This document shows positions 1-12,241 of a stretch of DNA of 64,000 nucleotides, in pieces (positions within the stretch are counted from its first letter, which is position 1; the number at the start of each line of letters is the position of its first letter). A program made the position numbers and the translations under genes. The notes beneath the pieces were generated by a model. It was not told where the DNA came from. It did no database searches and saw only the letters and a list, made by a program, of their open reading frames with translations. The stretch comes from Haliotis rufescens (taxonomy: Eukaryota), in NCBI RefSeq assembly GCF_023055435.1, contig NW_025964365.1, positions 434,001 through 498,000 on the forward strand, read 5' to 3'.

Positions 1-1039
1 AAACAGGCCCTGATATCTCAGATATCGCATATGCATCTGAAATAACACCACACATTTAGGGAATCGCCAATTGGTTACTCACCAAATGAAGGCGGAGTTT
101 GCCGATAACTGAGTCACCCTCATATAAAACATTGTAACAACATCAAACGAAGTCAGGAGAAGTAATAACATTTTCATTGCATCCATTGTAATAATACAAT
201 GGAGAACGAGGTTTACACAAAGGGATGCCGACATTCGTGATCTCATTGAAAAGTTTGGCCCTTCCATGTCAGACATTTTGATATGATAAATTAGATTCCG
301 CGCCCGAAAGATCTCGTTCAGATGTGACCTCCTCACTGAGGGGCATGTTCGTCGGCCATTGGATAAAAAAACAGTAACATGATTGACACTCGCCTCGCTG
401 ATATTTTGCATAGTCTCGCGTCATCATATAACTTTTATTTAATTATTCCCCGCACACTTATGCAATTTGTTCGCGGAAAATGCATGAAGAAAGTATGCGA
501 GCTTGTCTTCGTCACCCAAGGATCGACGTGTAATACTAAGAAAATCAAAAAAGCAACTCTCTAATTAAGTGGATAAAACAAGGATTGGTCGGCTCAGTAT
601 ATTATACATTTAGCATGTGTGTGGGGTGTCTATGTTAATCTGCGGCATGGTATTTCAGTGGGCTATCACTATTAAACTGGCAGACNNNNNNNNNNNNNNN
701 NNNNNNNNNNNNNNNNNNNNNNNNNNNNNNNNNNNNNNNNNNNNNNNNNNNNNNNNNNNNNNNNNNNNNNNNNNNNNNNNNNNNNNNNNNNNNNNNNNNN
801 NNNNNNNNNNNNNNNNNNNNNNNNNNNNNNNNNNNNNNNNNNNNNNNNNNNNNNNNNNNNNNNNNNNNNNNNNNNNNNNNNNNNNNNNNNNNNNNNNNNN
901 NNNNNNNNNNNNNNNNNNNNNNNNNNNNNNNNNNNNNNNNNNNNNNCTGACCTAACATATTATTTTGCATACTTAATAAATGTAGAATAAAGTAAAATAT
1001 AATATTAATAATGTTTCACAGATTATACAAAACATTCAC

Positions 1040-1177
1040 CTTGTCAAAGAAATGATCAACTTGAGCCTTTGTGAGTTGTCCTGGCTTTGCTTCAGTTGGC
1101 TGGGGTGGAGGAACGGTGAAAACTTCGGGGTAAGCTTCGTCACAATCCCCAGGGTAGCGCGTTGCTGTCGTCGACAT
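1040..1177 (-). CDS. PhyH-like Fe(II)/2OG dioxygenase, third paralog, coding exon 1 only (rest in gap or left of window)
   Basis: ATG at 1177-1175; 46 codons MSTTATRYPGDCDEAYPEVFTVPPPQPTEAKPGQLTKAQVDHFFDK, then GTGAAT donor. Near-identical to exon 1 at 12104-12241 and 21582-21719. No exon 2 recognised in 1-1039 (N-gap 686-946). Confidence 0.75.
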
Positions 1178-1609
1178 GATTGTTCCTCTACTATGATGTG
1201 TGACCAGTAATGCCTGTGTGCTTGTGAGTTGATTGCTGTTTTGAGTTTATCTAATTATCCGTATCACATCGGAAACACATTCATCTGAAATGCCTCGTCG
1301 TTGTTTCAAGCACTGCGCTCGGTAGGTATTGCCGTCTCTAACGACGTTTACATCCGAATGGACTAAGGCAAATATATGGATTCATACTATTTATGTTAAT
1401 ATGCGTGTGAATATACATATTGTGCGTTGTCTTAAACTTGTGTTTAAACTCAAGATACCTTAGATTCTATTTTAGGTGACATACATAGATTACATGTTAG
1501 ACTGCATGATTCCTTCCCGTGCTTTTGTATTTCTATCATATTTTAGAACACATCAGACTGTGAACTATAAAAACCCACGGTGCCCTGTTTACGTTTTTCA
1601 TCAAATTAA

Positions 1610-1757
1610 GGGGACGGTCGGGTAGCCTAGTGGTTCAAGCGTTCGCTCGTCACGGCGCAGACCCGAGTTCGATTCCCGACATGGGTACAATGTGTGAAGC
1701 CCATTTCTGGTGTTATTGCTGGAATATATCTGAAAGCGGCGTAAAACCAAACTCACT
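1610..1757 (+). mobile_element. tRNA-derived SINE family A
   Basis: A box TAGCCTAGTGG, B box GTTCGATTC, tail GCTGGAATAT...GCGGCGTAAAACC, ACTCACT end. Confidence 0.85.
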
Positions 1758-2059
1758 TAAGAATTGGATAACTTGTAATAAATAAGTTTGATACGATTTA
1801 GACGTTCATTTTTATTTGAGTACGTTTTGTTCAGGGGTGCTATTTTTATACTTTGTTGACAGAAAGTGAGATTGGTCGTTTAGAACATATTCCCCACGCG
1901 TCAGATATTTAATGAAAATTAAAAGACAAACGTTACTTACATCATAATAGACATTTACAACCCGAAAGTAGTAAGTGCGGGTATAATGCTAGTATGATCT
2001 AAGGTTTCGAACCCACAGCTGGCATATTCTGGTATGGCTAAGGGAGGCAACTATGCGAT

Positions 2060-2420
2060 TCTGGTGTTACGGGGATATTATGACAGGTGTTAAAGGTACA
2101 GAGCATGTACGACGTGTGTTGGGAGTATAGTATGACTGTGTTGTGAGTACAGTATGACTGCGTTACAGGTGCAGTATGACGGTGTTACAGGTACAGTATG
2201 ACTGCGTTACAGGTACAGTATGACGGTGTTACGGGTACAGTATGACCGTGTTACAGGAACAGTGTGACCGTGTTACAGGTACAGTATGACCGTGTTACAG
2301 GTACAGTATGGCCGTGTTACATCGTACAAGTACAGTATGGCTGTGTTCCAGGTTGAGAGTGGTTGCTGTTACATGTGGAGTGTGTCTGGTTGTTACAGGT
2401 CCTAAGTAACTGTTTTACAT
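2060..2420. repeat. 22-bp minisatellite (GGTACAGTATGACCGTGTTACA) with degenerate edges
   Basis: Units start at 2168, 2190, 2212 and so on. Confidence 0.9.
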
Positions 2421-4275
2421 CTATAGAGTTTGATTACACTGAAGCACATGTACATATGATGTCTCCTTGTGACTGTGTTTAAAATGTGCTTCTGTTCACC
2501 AGGAGTGGATAGGTACCCGGTCGGATGAGATGGCAATATCGTTAACTTTCTTGCACCTCACAGGCATGTTGGGGAATATACTCCCCGGGGAGCTGAGAAA
2601 TGATTGTTGACTGCACACTGATCCACTGATCGGGGTAACAATGTCGAAGCGCTCAGGGCAAGTTTATGCATGGAGTACAGCGCCACAGAAATGGACTATT
2701 ATTCTTTATCCAAGGTGCGTCGACCAGTGGACCTACATATTCGTCCTTGGACTTACGAAGCGTAAATGTTTAGCCACCTCCGGGCGAGTAAACATATACC
2801 TTTTCCGTTTACACGGAATAGAAATGATAGTAACGGAAACAGTTATAACATACTCAGTACACATGCCTTAAAACATAAATAGATTTCATGTAGCTATCCA
2901 TTATGTTCAATCTCATTAAAATCAGAATGATCTATTATATACTTCAGTGTGAAAGACTGAGTTTTCTGAAGTTGAGAAAAGTGATATTTTCTTTGCAGTG
3001 AAAAAAACCTTTGACGGAGAATTACCTTCCCTTAAATTTTCCCGCTTTATCGTAACTTTCAAGCCCGTACACAAACTTTTGACGTCTTTGTTACGTTAGG
3101 TCCACATTGACAAGGCAAAATAATGAAAGATAGTCATTTATGGACTTAATATCACTTCTTGCCGTTTGTTATTCTCTCGAATATGTTTCGTTAATTTCTC
3201 CTTTAACTCGTCAATCGAGGTTGTTCGTTTCGCAAAGCGACATTTTTGTTACTTGACCAGTGTGTATTCTTTCGCTTCCAACAGCGGTTTTCAAGAATAT
3301 TTTTTTGTTAAAATTGATTTTGTATATAATCATATCAAAATGTATGACAGAGAATTTTCGTGACTCTAAATATTTTTTGATACTTTTGTTTACATTTGTT
3401 AAGATTTGTAGTCGCAAAGTCCCTGTGCGTAAGGTAGGGAAAATTTACGTTTCAAGGTTTTACATTTGTAAAATATAATTTATTTTTCCGGGGGAAGACT
3501 AGACAAAATGTATATAATAAATAGGATATTTCATGTGTCTCGTGAAATATCATGTTTCTCTCATCTCGTGACGGGGGGTAAAAGGAGATATTTTCACTCG
3601 GGCTTACGCCACTCGTGAAACCTCCATAGGAGGTCGCGTCAGGTGAACTCTGAACGAACTTTAACCGCCCAGCCAAGAAGAAGGTTGTGTGCATTCTTGA
3701 GCCAATCAGCTCTCAGCTTTCTAAAACGATTCGGCTTAATAGTTTATCACCTCGATTCAGAAATTTCGATTCGTTCAAATGAAAAAACACAAAGAACACG
3801 AATATTCCTCCGGTGGTATTCTCTTTTGGATGTAGTTGGCGTGGCGGTCAGAAACGACAGGGTGTACATCTATGAAATGTATTCAACAATATAATGGCGC
3901 CGCTATACTTTCTACTTTCGGAATTTGTCGTGTTAGTTCTTTTTCGAGGTGCTGAAATCACATATGATGGTTCGAATGTTTCGATCACTTTTACCGAGAA
4001 TTTAGCAACATCGACGCTGATTGGTTCATTTACCTGACGGGACTTTCGTTGGCGCTGATCCTCAGATCCTCGAGCAGAGAGCTATCGCATCGGAGTAAAA
4101 CATTAACGAGACAGCATAATGTTGCCAGATGGTTCGTATCTCGTATCCCATGCGGGAGAGTTACTACGTTCTCTGTACCGTATTCACGTCAGTAATTACA
4201 AGTAAGCATAACAAGAATGATTTTAGTAGGAACGTCAGAGACGGAATTGTTGTGAACCCTACACTTGTACTGAAA

Positions 4276-4525
4276 GAGTGAGTGAGCGCGTTTGGTTTAA
4301 CGCAGCTTTGGACAGTATTCCAGTTATGTCACCGCTTGTCAGCCTAATGTGGGAGACAAGCCCGAAATTATGCAGGTCTTAGACGTTAACCAACAATCAC
4401 GGGCATGGTGCTGACGAACCTAGAAACATAATCAGGAACAATAGGGATTCGAACCCACGATCATAACTTTCTAGCATTCCTAAGGGAAGCTGCATGGGAA
4501 CAGCGAATTGCGGCGCCTTAGACGA
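4276..4525 (-). mobile_element. SINE family B (paralog at 15006-15251)
   Basis: Similarity to 57111-57388. Confidence 0.8.
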
Positions 4526-4990
4526 CAAAACAGTGCATAAATAATCAGGAGAGGTGTATCGACCACAGAACTTAAAACAAACATTTAAAAAAAGAGCAAC
4601 GAGAGTCAGAGGGATTAGTGTTAAAGATGGTATATGCTGGATATTCCTGGACAGTGTCTGGCGCTACAGCTATGTCTGCGTTAAGTATATTAACATCGAG
4701 GAGAGGTAACGTACGCGTGTCTAAATATGAATATGACCAACGTTCAACTCCAAATGACACAAATAACCAACATGAAGTAAATAATATATGTTTATTGCCC
4801 ATATGTTTCAAGAAGAGCGAACTAATGTTAATCCAGACCAAACAAACATGGCCGAATTATTCCAGGTACCCTACAACTTTGATGACGTAATGTAGGCGCC
4901 ATTATTGACATATGACACACACAGGATTGGCTACGCCATTTGCCATGACGACACAGTTAATACTGTCATTGTTGAAGTCCTGTTGCAAGG

Positions 4991-7900
4991 TTAGCTTGCA
5001 CGTATTCCCTTCACGAATTTAACTGTGTGTCGGTTCTCGTGCGTCATTTCCCACTTCTCCATATGGGGGCCCTGGATCGTGGTTTCGAAGGCATCGTCCT
5101 ACAACACATAGGGTTAATATACTACGACACCTTCCCAATGCCCGTTCATCTACCATTATCACCAAACGTGGTTAGGCCTGAGAAGTTGTTCGTTACGCCA
5201 TTTGTCTTTTAGGGAAACATTATTTACCGATCGCGGACGTATTTTAAGATTAGATTTTAAGAAGTATGTTATGTTACCTAAAAGAATTTTTAAATAAGGT
5301 CGGTTCATGATGGATCACACGAAGCCATTAAAAAGTGGTCAAATGTCACAAATGTTATATTTGCGATAACACTTCCTTAGTAAAGTATAGATTCTAGTAC
5401 TTTGGGGGGTTGAGTCCAATCCGGACTTACTTATTTACACTTGTCATAGGGGTACACAAAGTACGTGATCTCGACAACCAGTTGTCGGACTTTCATTTTA
5501 GAAAGGGTTAGGTCGCTGACTTTGTGTGCTGGCGACTAGGTGCCTCATTCTGGCAGTGTGGCTTCGATACCGGATAGGACTCAACCCAAAAAAGTACTAG
5601 AATCTGTACTTCACAAAAGAGTGCTTTTAGCAATATTCCAGCAATATCACGGCGGGGCACATCAGAAATAGGATTCACACATTGTACCCATGTCGGGAAT
5701 CGAACCCGGGTCTTCGGAGCGAACGCTGTAACCACTAGGCTACCCGACCGCCCCACTTCACAAAGGAAGCGTTATCCTAAATATCACATTTGTTACGGTT
5801 CATGATAGGTCTACAAGCAGTTTTTGTAAAGCACTTAGATTTACTGAACGAATAAGTCTTATCCCCGTTTCCAATGGGACTCATGAGTCATATGGGTACT
5901 CGTCAGCTTGACGTAAGCTATCTAATCATACAACCTGTCATGGACTACACAACAAGCAATTGTTAAAAAGCAGATTTGAAGATAGACATCACATTACAAG
6001 GATGATTATTTGATGAGGTTATGTGGGAATATAAATCATTTACAGAAAAATTATTATTCTAATGTGTAATTGGGGAAATATTGAAAAGATGTTCGAATTC
6101 GATTTTTAAAATGGCGCCTAATTGAAAAAGGCTGTTTACGGCCACGACACAATCAGTTTTGTTCAAAATGTAATGAAATTAAGCATTTGTTTTTCGAGTT
6201 GTGGCATTAAACACAAATATATATGTTCCTTGTTTGCTATAATTAAATGTTGACCTTTTTATTGCTGTGCTCATATGGTCTCTCTCAAAATACTCTTATC
6301 ATTGGTTCTGTAATCTTCTCCTTTGAAATTGCCATACCGAGGGAGCTGCACATCAATTTGGCACGTATGTTTCACCTTTTCATGACACCATATTTTGTTT
6401 CAATGGGGCCCCTAGTATGTTGGCTATATCGGCATGTTCATGTACATATGTTTACTATGTTTACATGTTCAAGTGTCTGTTTTCATTGTTTCAATGTTAC
6501 ATGAACCTGTATGTTTACAATGTTTCCATGTTCACCAGTAAGTTTACAATGTTTCCATGTTCATGTATATTTACAATGTTTCCATGTTCATGTATGTTTG
6601 CTATGCTTCCATGTTCATGTATGTTTACTATGTTTACATGTTCATGTATGTTTGCTATGTTTCCATGTTCACCTTATGTTTACTATGTTTCCATGTTCAT
6701 ATATGTCTACTATGTTTCCATGTTCATGTATGTTTACACTATTTCCATGTTCATGTATGTTTACACTGTTTCCATGTTCACTTTATGTTTACAATGTTTC
6801 CATGTTTACCAGTAAGTTTACAACGTTTCCATGTTCACCAGTAAGTTTACAATGTTTCCATGTTCATGTATGTTTACTATGTTTCCATGTTCATGTATGT
6901 TTACAATGTTTCCATGCTCATGTATGTTTACTATGTTTCCATGTTCATGTACGTTTACAATGTTTCGATGTTCACCTATGTTTACTATGTTTCCATGTTC
7001 ATGTATGTTTACTATGTTTCCATGTTCATGTATGTTTACTATGTTTCATTGTTCATGTATGTTTACTATGTTTCCATGTTCATGTATGTTTACTATGTTT
7101 CCATGTTCATGTATGTTTACTATGTTTCCATGTTCATGTATGTTTACTATGTTTCCATGTTCATGTATGTTTACTATGTTTCCATGTTCATGTATGTTTA
7201 CAATGTTTCCATGTTTACCAGTAAGTTTACAATGTTTCCATGTTCACCAGTAAGTTTACAATGTTTCCATGTTCATGTATGTTAACAATGTTTCCATCTT
7301 CATGTAAGTTTACTATGTTTACATGTTCATGTATGTTTACTATGTTTCCATGTTCATGTATGTTTACTATGTTTCCATGTTCATGTATGTTTACTATGTT
7401 TCCATGTTCATGTATGTTTACTATGTTTCCATGTTCATGTATGTTTACTATGTTTCCATGTTCATGTATGTTTACAATGTTTCCATGTTCACCTTATGTT
7501 TATTATGTTTCCATGTTCATGTAGGTTTACTATGTTTCCATGTTCATGTATGTTTACACTGTTTCCATGTTCACTTTATGTTTACAATGTTTCCATGTTC
7601 ACTTTTTGTTTTCAATGTTTCCATGTTCATATATGTTTACTATGTTTCCATGTTCATGTATTTTTACACTATTTCCATGTTCATGTATGTTTACACTGTT
7701 TCCATGTTCACTTTATGTTTACAATGTTTCCATGTTTACCAGTAAGTTTACAATGTTTCCATGTTCACCAGAAAGTTTACAATGTTTCCATGTTCATGTA
7801 TGTTTACAATGTTTCCATGTTCATGTATGTTTACTATGTTTCCATGCTCATGTATGTTTAATATGTTTCCATGTTCATGTACGTTTACAATGTTTCTATG

Positions 7901-10900
7901 TTCACCTTATGTTTAATATGTTTCCATGTTCATGTATGTTTACTATGTTTCCATGTTCATGTATGTTTACTATGTTTCCATGTTCATGTATGTTTACTAT
8001 GTTTCCATGTTCATGTATGTTTACTATGTCTCCATGTTCATGTATGTTTACTATGTTTCCATGTTCATATATGTTGACTATGTTTCCATGTTCACCTTAT
8101 GTTTACAATGTTTCCATGTTCACCTTATGTTTACTATGTTTCCATGTTCATGTACGTTTACAATGTTTCGGTGTTCACCTGCATGTTTGCTGTATTTTCA
8201 TGTTCATGTATGTTTACTATGTTTCCATGTTCATGTATGTTTACTATGTTTCCATGTTCATGTATGCTTACTATGTTTACTATGTTTACTATGTTTCCAT
8301 GTTCATGTACGTTTACAATGTTTCGGTGTTCACCTGCATGTTTGCTGTATTTCCATGTTCATGTATGTTTAATATATTTGCATGTTCACCTGTGTGTTTA
8401 CTATATTTGCACGTTCATCTCTATGTTTACTCTGTTTCCATATTCACCTGTATGTTTACTATGTTTCCATGGTCACCTGCATGTTTACTATGTTTCCGTG
8501 TTCACCTGTAAGTTTACAATGTTTCCACATTCACCTGTATGCNNNNNNNNNNNNNNNNNNNNNNNNNNNNNNNNNNNNNNNNNNNNNNNNNNNNNNNNNN
8601 NNNNNNNNNNNNNNNNNNNNNNNNNNNNNNNNNNNNNNNNNNNNNNNNNNNNNNNNNNNNNNNNNNNNNNNNNNNNNNNNNCAATAACCACATCTATCCT
8701 GGGATTACTATCGATACCTTTATAAGTAATATTCACTCTTTCCTTCTTCGTATTATTCAAACCAGACTAAATAAACAATACCTCTTTCTCTTCGTTCAAC
8801 ACTTCGGTTTTGTGTCTGTCCACAGACTCAAATGGCGACCAGTCAATCTTGTGGTCAGGCTTGGAGGGATCTCTCATCAGAATCCCCTCCTTCAGGCCGT
8901 AGAAGCCGTAAGGTTTAGCGGGATCCTGCCAACGCAGGTCCAAGCTCCACCGAATCTCGTTGGAAACATTCGGCAGACTGCATAAAATTAATATTTATAC
9001 CGTTATTTCCAAAATTAGGCGAATATGTCAATTGAGTTATATGGTTAAACGTATGTATTATGTATGCGCATGTATGTATATCAATAATAATAATTATAAT
9101 ACAATGCGTTACCTTGGTAAGTACTACGTTACCTTCTATGGGGGATCATGTTGTTGATCAAAAGCATCCCGCCGTAGGGAATTGGGCACAGTTTGATGTC
9201 TTTTTCCAGATCCACACCTGGAACAATACAGCAGTGTCTGATATCAACTCACTGGCACTCACCTTGGCACTCAGCTGACACTCGGTCATGTTCTGTCGGT
9301 GTAACATGATTCACAAGTCGGTATTACACAAATTTAACTCGCCTGATATAACAGTTAAACATATGTCTTGCGTAATATACATATTTAAGGCAGTGCAATA
9401 AGAATGGGATTCCCATCTTACCCAGAGTCTTCACCATCTCCTCCTCTGCAAGTTCCACATACCACGTGTCCGCCCAGCAGCACGTGTGACGACAGATGCG
9501 ACCTGGTCGGTGACCGCCGGATACCACCTGGGAACCAAGGAGGTTTGAATTACACCAAACAGTGAATGACATGTATAGTGCATTGGCTTTTCCCGAATAT
9601 CTTTGTTGGAAATGAATGAGTGGGTGACTTGGGTTTAAGCTTTGAGTAGTATCCTAGCATATCACGACGTGTCAGCTTAATGTGGGAGTAAAGGCCGAAG
9701 TGATGCAGGTCTCGGACGTTTACCACTTTGGTGAAACCCCGAGTACGGGTATGGTGCTAACAAACCTAGAAATAAAATCAGGGCGAACCGGGATGGGAAT
9801 TTCATACATTTCTTGCGTGCCGAATGGACAATTGGATTTATTGACGCTTTTTTCAGTATTTCAGTCATACGTTGGCGTGTCACACTAATGCATGAGAAAA
9901 GGCCAATGATTCTGTTTTAGTGAAGCCCATGATCACGGACTGTTTGCTATTTGCTAAGGGTCGTAACTGAAGGATTTGGACAAATGACAAGCGGACCCAG
10001 TTTGTTTCTTGAGACAATCCAGTGATTGACATCATGAGTATCAATGTAAGCAATTTGGATACGATGACATGCATCAACCAAGTCAGCGTCCCTCACCACT
10101 CGATCCCGTTAGTTGCCTCTTACAAGTATGGATTGCTGAAGACTTATTCTCTACCTTGATCTTCACGGGTCGATTAATACATAATATACAGTCTACATAC
10201 ATGATATTTAAATCTATGTATCGTTACTAACCTCCATGCATCCATTTTGAGCATTGGCATCTAGAAGCGGAACCCAGGCCGCTGGTTGCAGGACTTTGTA
10301 AGACTCGTTGTCAAGGTAACCAGAATCTTTAATGAAAACAAATCGTCTTATATCGTTATCAACATCAGCATTGTTGGAACGATCTGAAATAAATGTGTAT
10401 TAAATAAAGCAAAAAGTGAGTTCGTTGTAAGGTTACTATATGTTGAGATACAGCCTCTATTCACCTTGATGCCACGGCACAGTAGTGGCGTTGTTCTTTT
10501 GTGTTTTTGCCCGCAGGTTCCAAACTGGATGTCCGGCTATTTTGGGTCCAATCAGTTGTTCAACCAAATTCAAGAGTCGGTCATTGCTCCAAACTGCACG
10601 GAAGGCCTATCATTCGAAAGAAAAGTAGTCATGAGGGAGTGCGTTGGATTTGACGCCGCTTTGAACAGTATTCCAGCTTAATGTGGGAGGAAAGCCCGAA
10701 GTGATGAATGTGTCAGACGTTTAACGCTTTGATGAAACCCACAAGCACGGGTAATGTGCTCACAAACCTAGAAACATAATCGGGGCGAACAGGTATTCTA
10801 AGCCACAATCACAGGTTTCTGGCGTGCCCAAGGAACGCAACCCTGCGGCGCCTTAGACGACTAGGCCACCGGTGCTCCCAATTCGTAATGAACACATTGT

Positions 10901-12241
10901 TAATTATAATCGTAATACTGAAAAGAACCATTGTCCAAGAATGGTTTTAATCGACCTTTGATATCCACGTACCGGAGGAAATTTCCTTGCTTTATGTGAG
11001 AGTATATTGGCTCCGGGAAACGCTTTCTCAATAAACGACAAGCGCTCAAACATCCCTTTGTCCTCGTATAAATCTGAAAAGATACATACATTAATTAAAT
11101 TGTTTGTCTTTTTGTTTGTTTGTTTGTTTGTTTGTTTGTTTGTTTGTTTGTTTGTTTGTTTGTTTGTGTGTTTTACGCCGCACTCAGCAATATTCCAGCT
11201 ATATGACGGTGGTCTGTATATAATCGAGTCTGGATAATATAATCCAGTGATTGGCGTCATGAGCATCGATCCACGCAATTGGGATACGATGACATGCATC
11301 AACCAAGTCAGCGAGCCAGACCACCCGATCCTGTTAGTCGCCTCTTACAAGCATAGTCGCCTGTTATGGCAGGCATGGGTTGCTGAAGACCTATTCTCGC
11401 CCGGATCTTCACGGCTCGAATTAATTTGTTATGGGATCAGACAGAAAGCATAGATGAACGGATTTTATATCATTGTTGAACATGAATTTGTCAATCTAGA
11501 TAGCGAAAAAAGCATTGTAAATTGGAATATTTTAAAAGTATAACCTCGTGTTTCCTCTGTAGAAATAACATACTTTTAATCTTTCCTCCTTTGTACAACT
11601 TCTGAGCGAGTTCTTCAACTTGTTTCCCTATGGCTTCTCTGCAAGGATCCAGTTCCTCCTTGGAGAAGAACTTCTCCACTATCAGATAACCCTGGAGCAT
11701 ATCAAAATCTTTTAGAACAGATCATCGCTATAATGATTCTATTTCGTCTCCATTGTGAAGTAAATGTTGGGGATCGTGCATATTTCGGGGGGATATTTTA
11801 ATGTAATTGTATGCTCAGTCTTCACTACTAAACGATATCCCAGCAAGTATTCATGATCCTACCTTTTTGTATTCAGTATATACAGAAAGAACGTAAAAAA
11901 CACAATGGGGCAGATAATGTGAGTGAGTAAGGCTCATTTTCTACTCAGAAACCACTTAATACAAACAAAATTATGTAGCTAATTATCTTTTCAATCAAAC
12001 ACAGCCTTTTTGAATGTGTATTACTTCGTTAAGATGAAAAAAGGATAAATGATTACTTTACACACTAAATAAAGGTAGAATCATTTTATCCTCTAACATT
12101 CACCTTGTCAAAGAAATGATCAACTTGAGCTTTTGTGAGTTGTCCTGGCTTTGCTTCAGTTGGCTGGGGTGGACCAACGGTGAAAACTTCGGGGTAAGCT
12201 TCGTCACAATCTCCAGGGTAGCGCTTTGCCGTCGTCGACAT
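4991..12241 (-). CDS. Phytanoyl-CoA dioxygenase (PhyH)-family Fe(II)/2-oxoglutarate dioxygenase, copy 1, 9 exons, 362 aa
   Basis: Exons read by hand, all GT-AG and phase-consistent: 12104-12241, 11574-11691, 10973-11073, 10465-10606, 10232-10326, 9422-9527, 9133-9217, 8782-8977, 4991-5098 (1089 nt incl. TAA). Motifs: FFDKGYLIVEKFFS, VPWHQD (HxD iron ligands), AWVPLLDANAQNGCMEVVSGGH, IPHRSLPN (distal His), EIRWSLDLRWQ (2OG-binding RxS). Confidence 0.9.
5620..5754 (-). mobile_element. SINE family A
   Basis: RC of family A, flanked by direct repeat ACTTCACAAA (5608-5617, 5755-5764). Confidence 0.85.
6415..8542. repeat. 27-bp minisatellite (TATGTTTAC TATGTTTCC ATGTTCATG) in intron 8 of dioxygenase copy 1
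   Basis: Direct periodicity; runs into N-gap 8543-8681. It produces the spurious MFTMFPCSC-type ORFs. Confidence 0.95.
9615..9835 (-). mobile_element. SINE family B, partial, in intron 5 (paralog ~19111-19312)
   Basis: Similarity to 57111-57330. Confidence 0.75.
9997..10172 (-). mobile_element. SINE-like family D in intron 5 of copy 1 (paralog ~19480-19639)
   Basis: Match to 31879-32123 with internal deletions. Confidence 0.78.
10633..10881 (-). mobile_element. SINE family B in intron 3 of copy 1
   Basis: Similarity to 57111-57388. Confidence 0.8.
11105..11418 (-). mobile_element. SINE-like family D in intron 2 of copy 1 (paralog 20590-20863)
   Basis: Match to 31879-32123; expanded (TTTG)n tail. 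Confidence 0.85.

Noticed and set aside
617-970. ORFs spanning N-runs (also ~25.8-26.1 kb, 27.8 kb, 45.8-46.5 kb, 50.6-50.9 kb)
   Set aside because: Artefacts of assembly gaps.
2495-2705. Possible old SINE with Deu-like core and L2-like tail
   Set aside because: Single, very decayed copy; the resemblance is too weak to call without a library search.
6417-8725. Many long Cys/Met/Phe/His-rich ORFs (MFTMFPCSC, CFHVHVCLL)
   Set aside because: They are translations of a 27-bp intronic minisatellite, open in several frames at once and antisense to the host gene.
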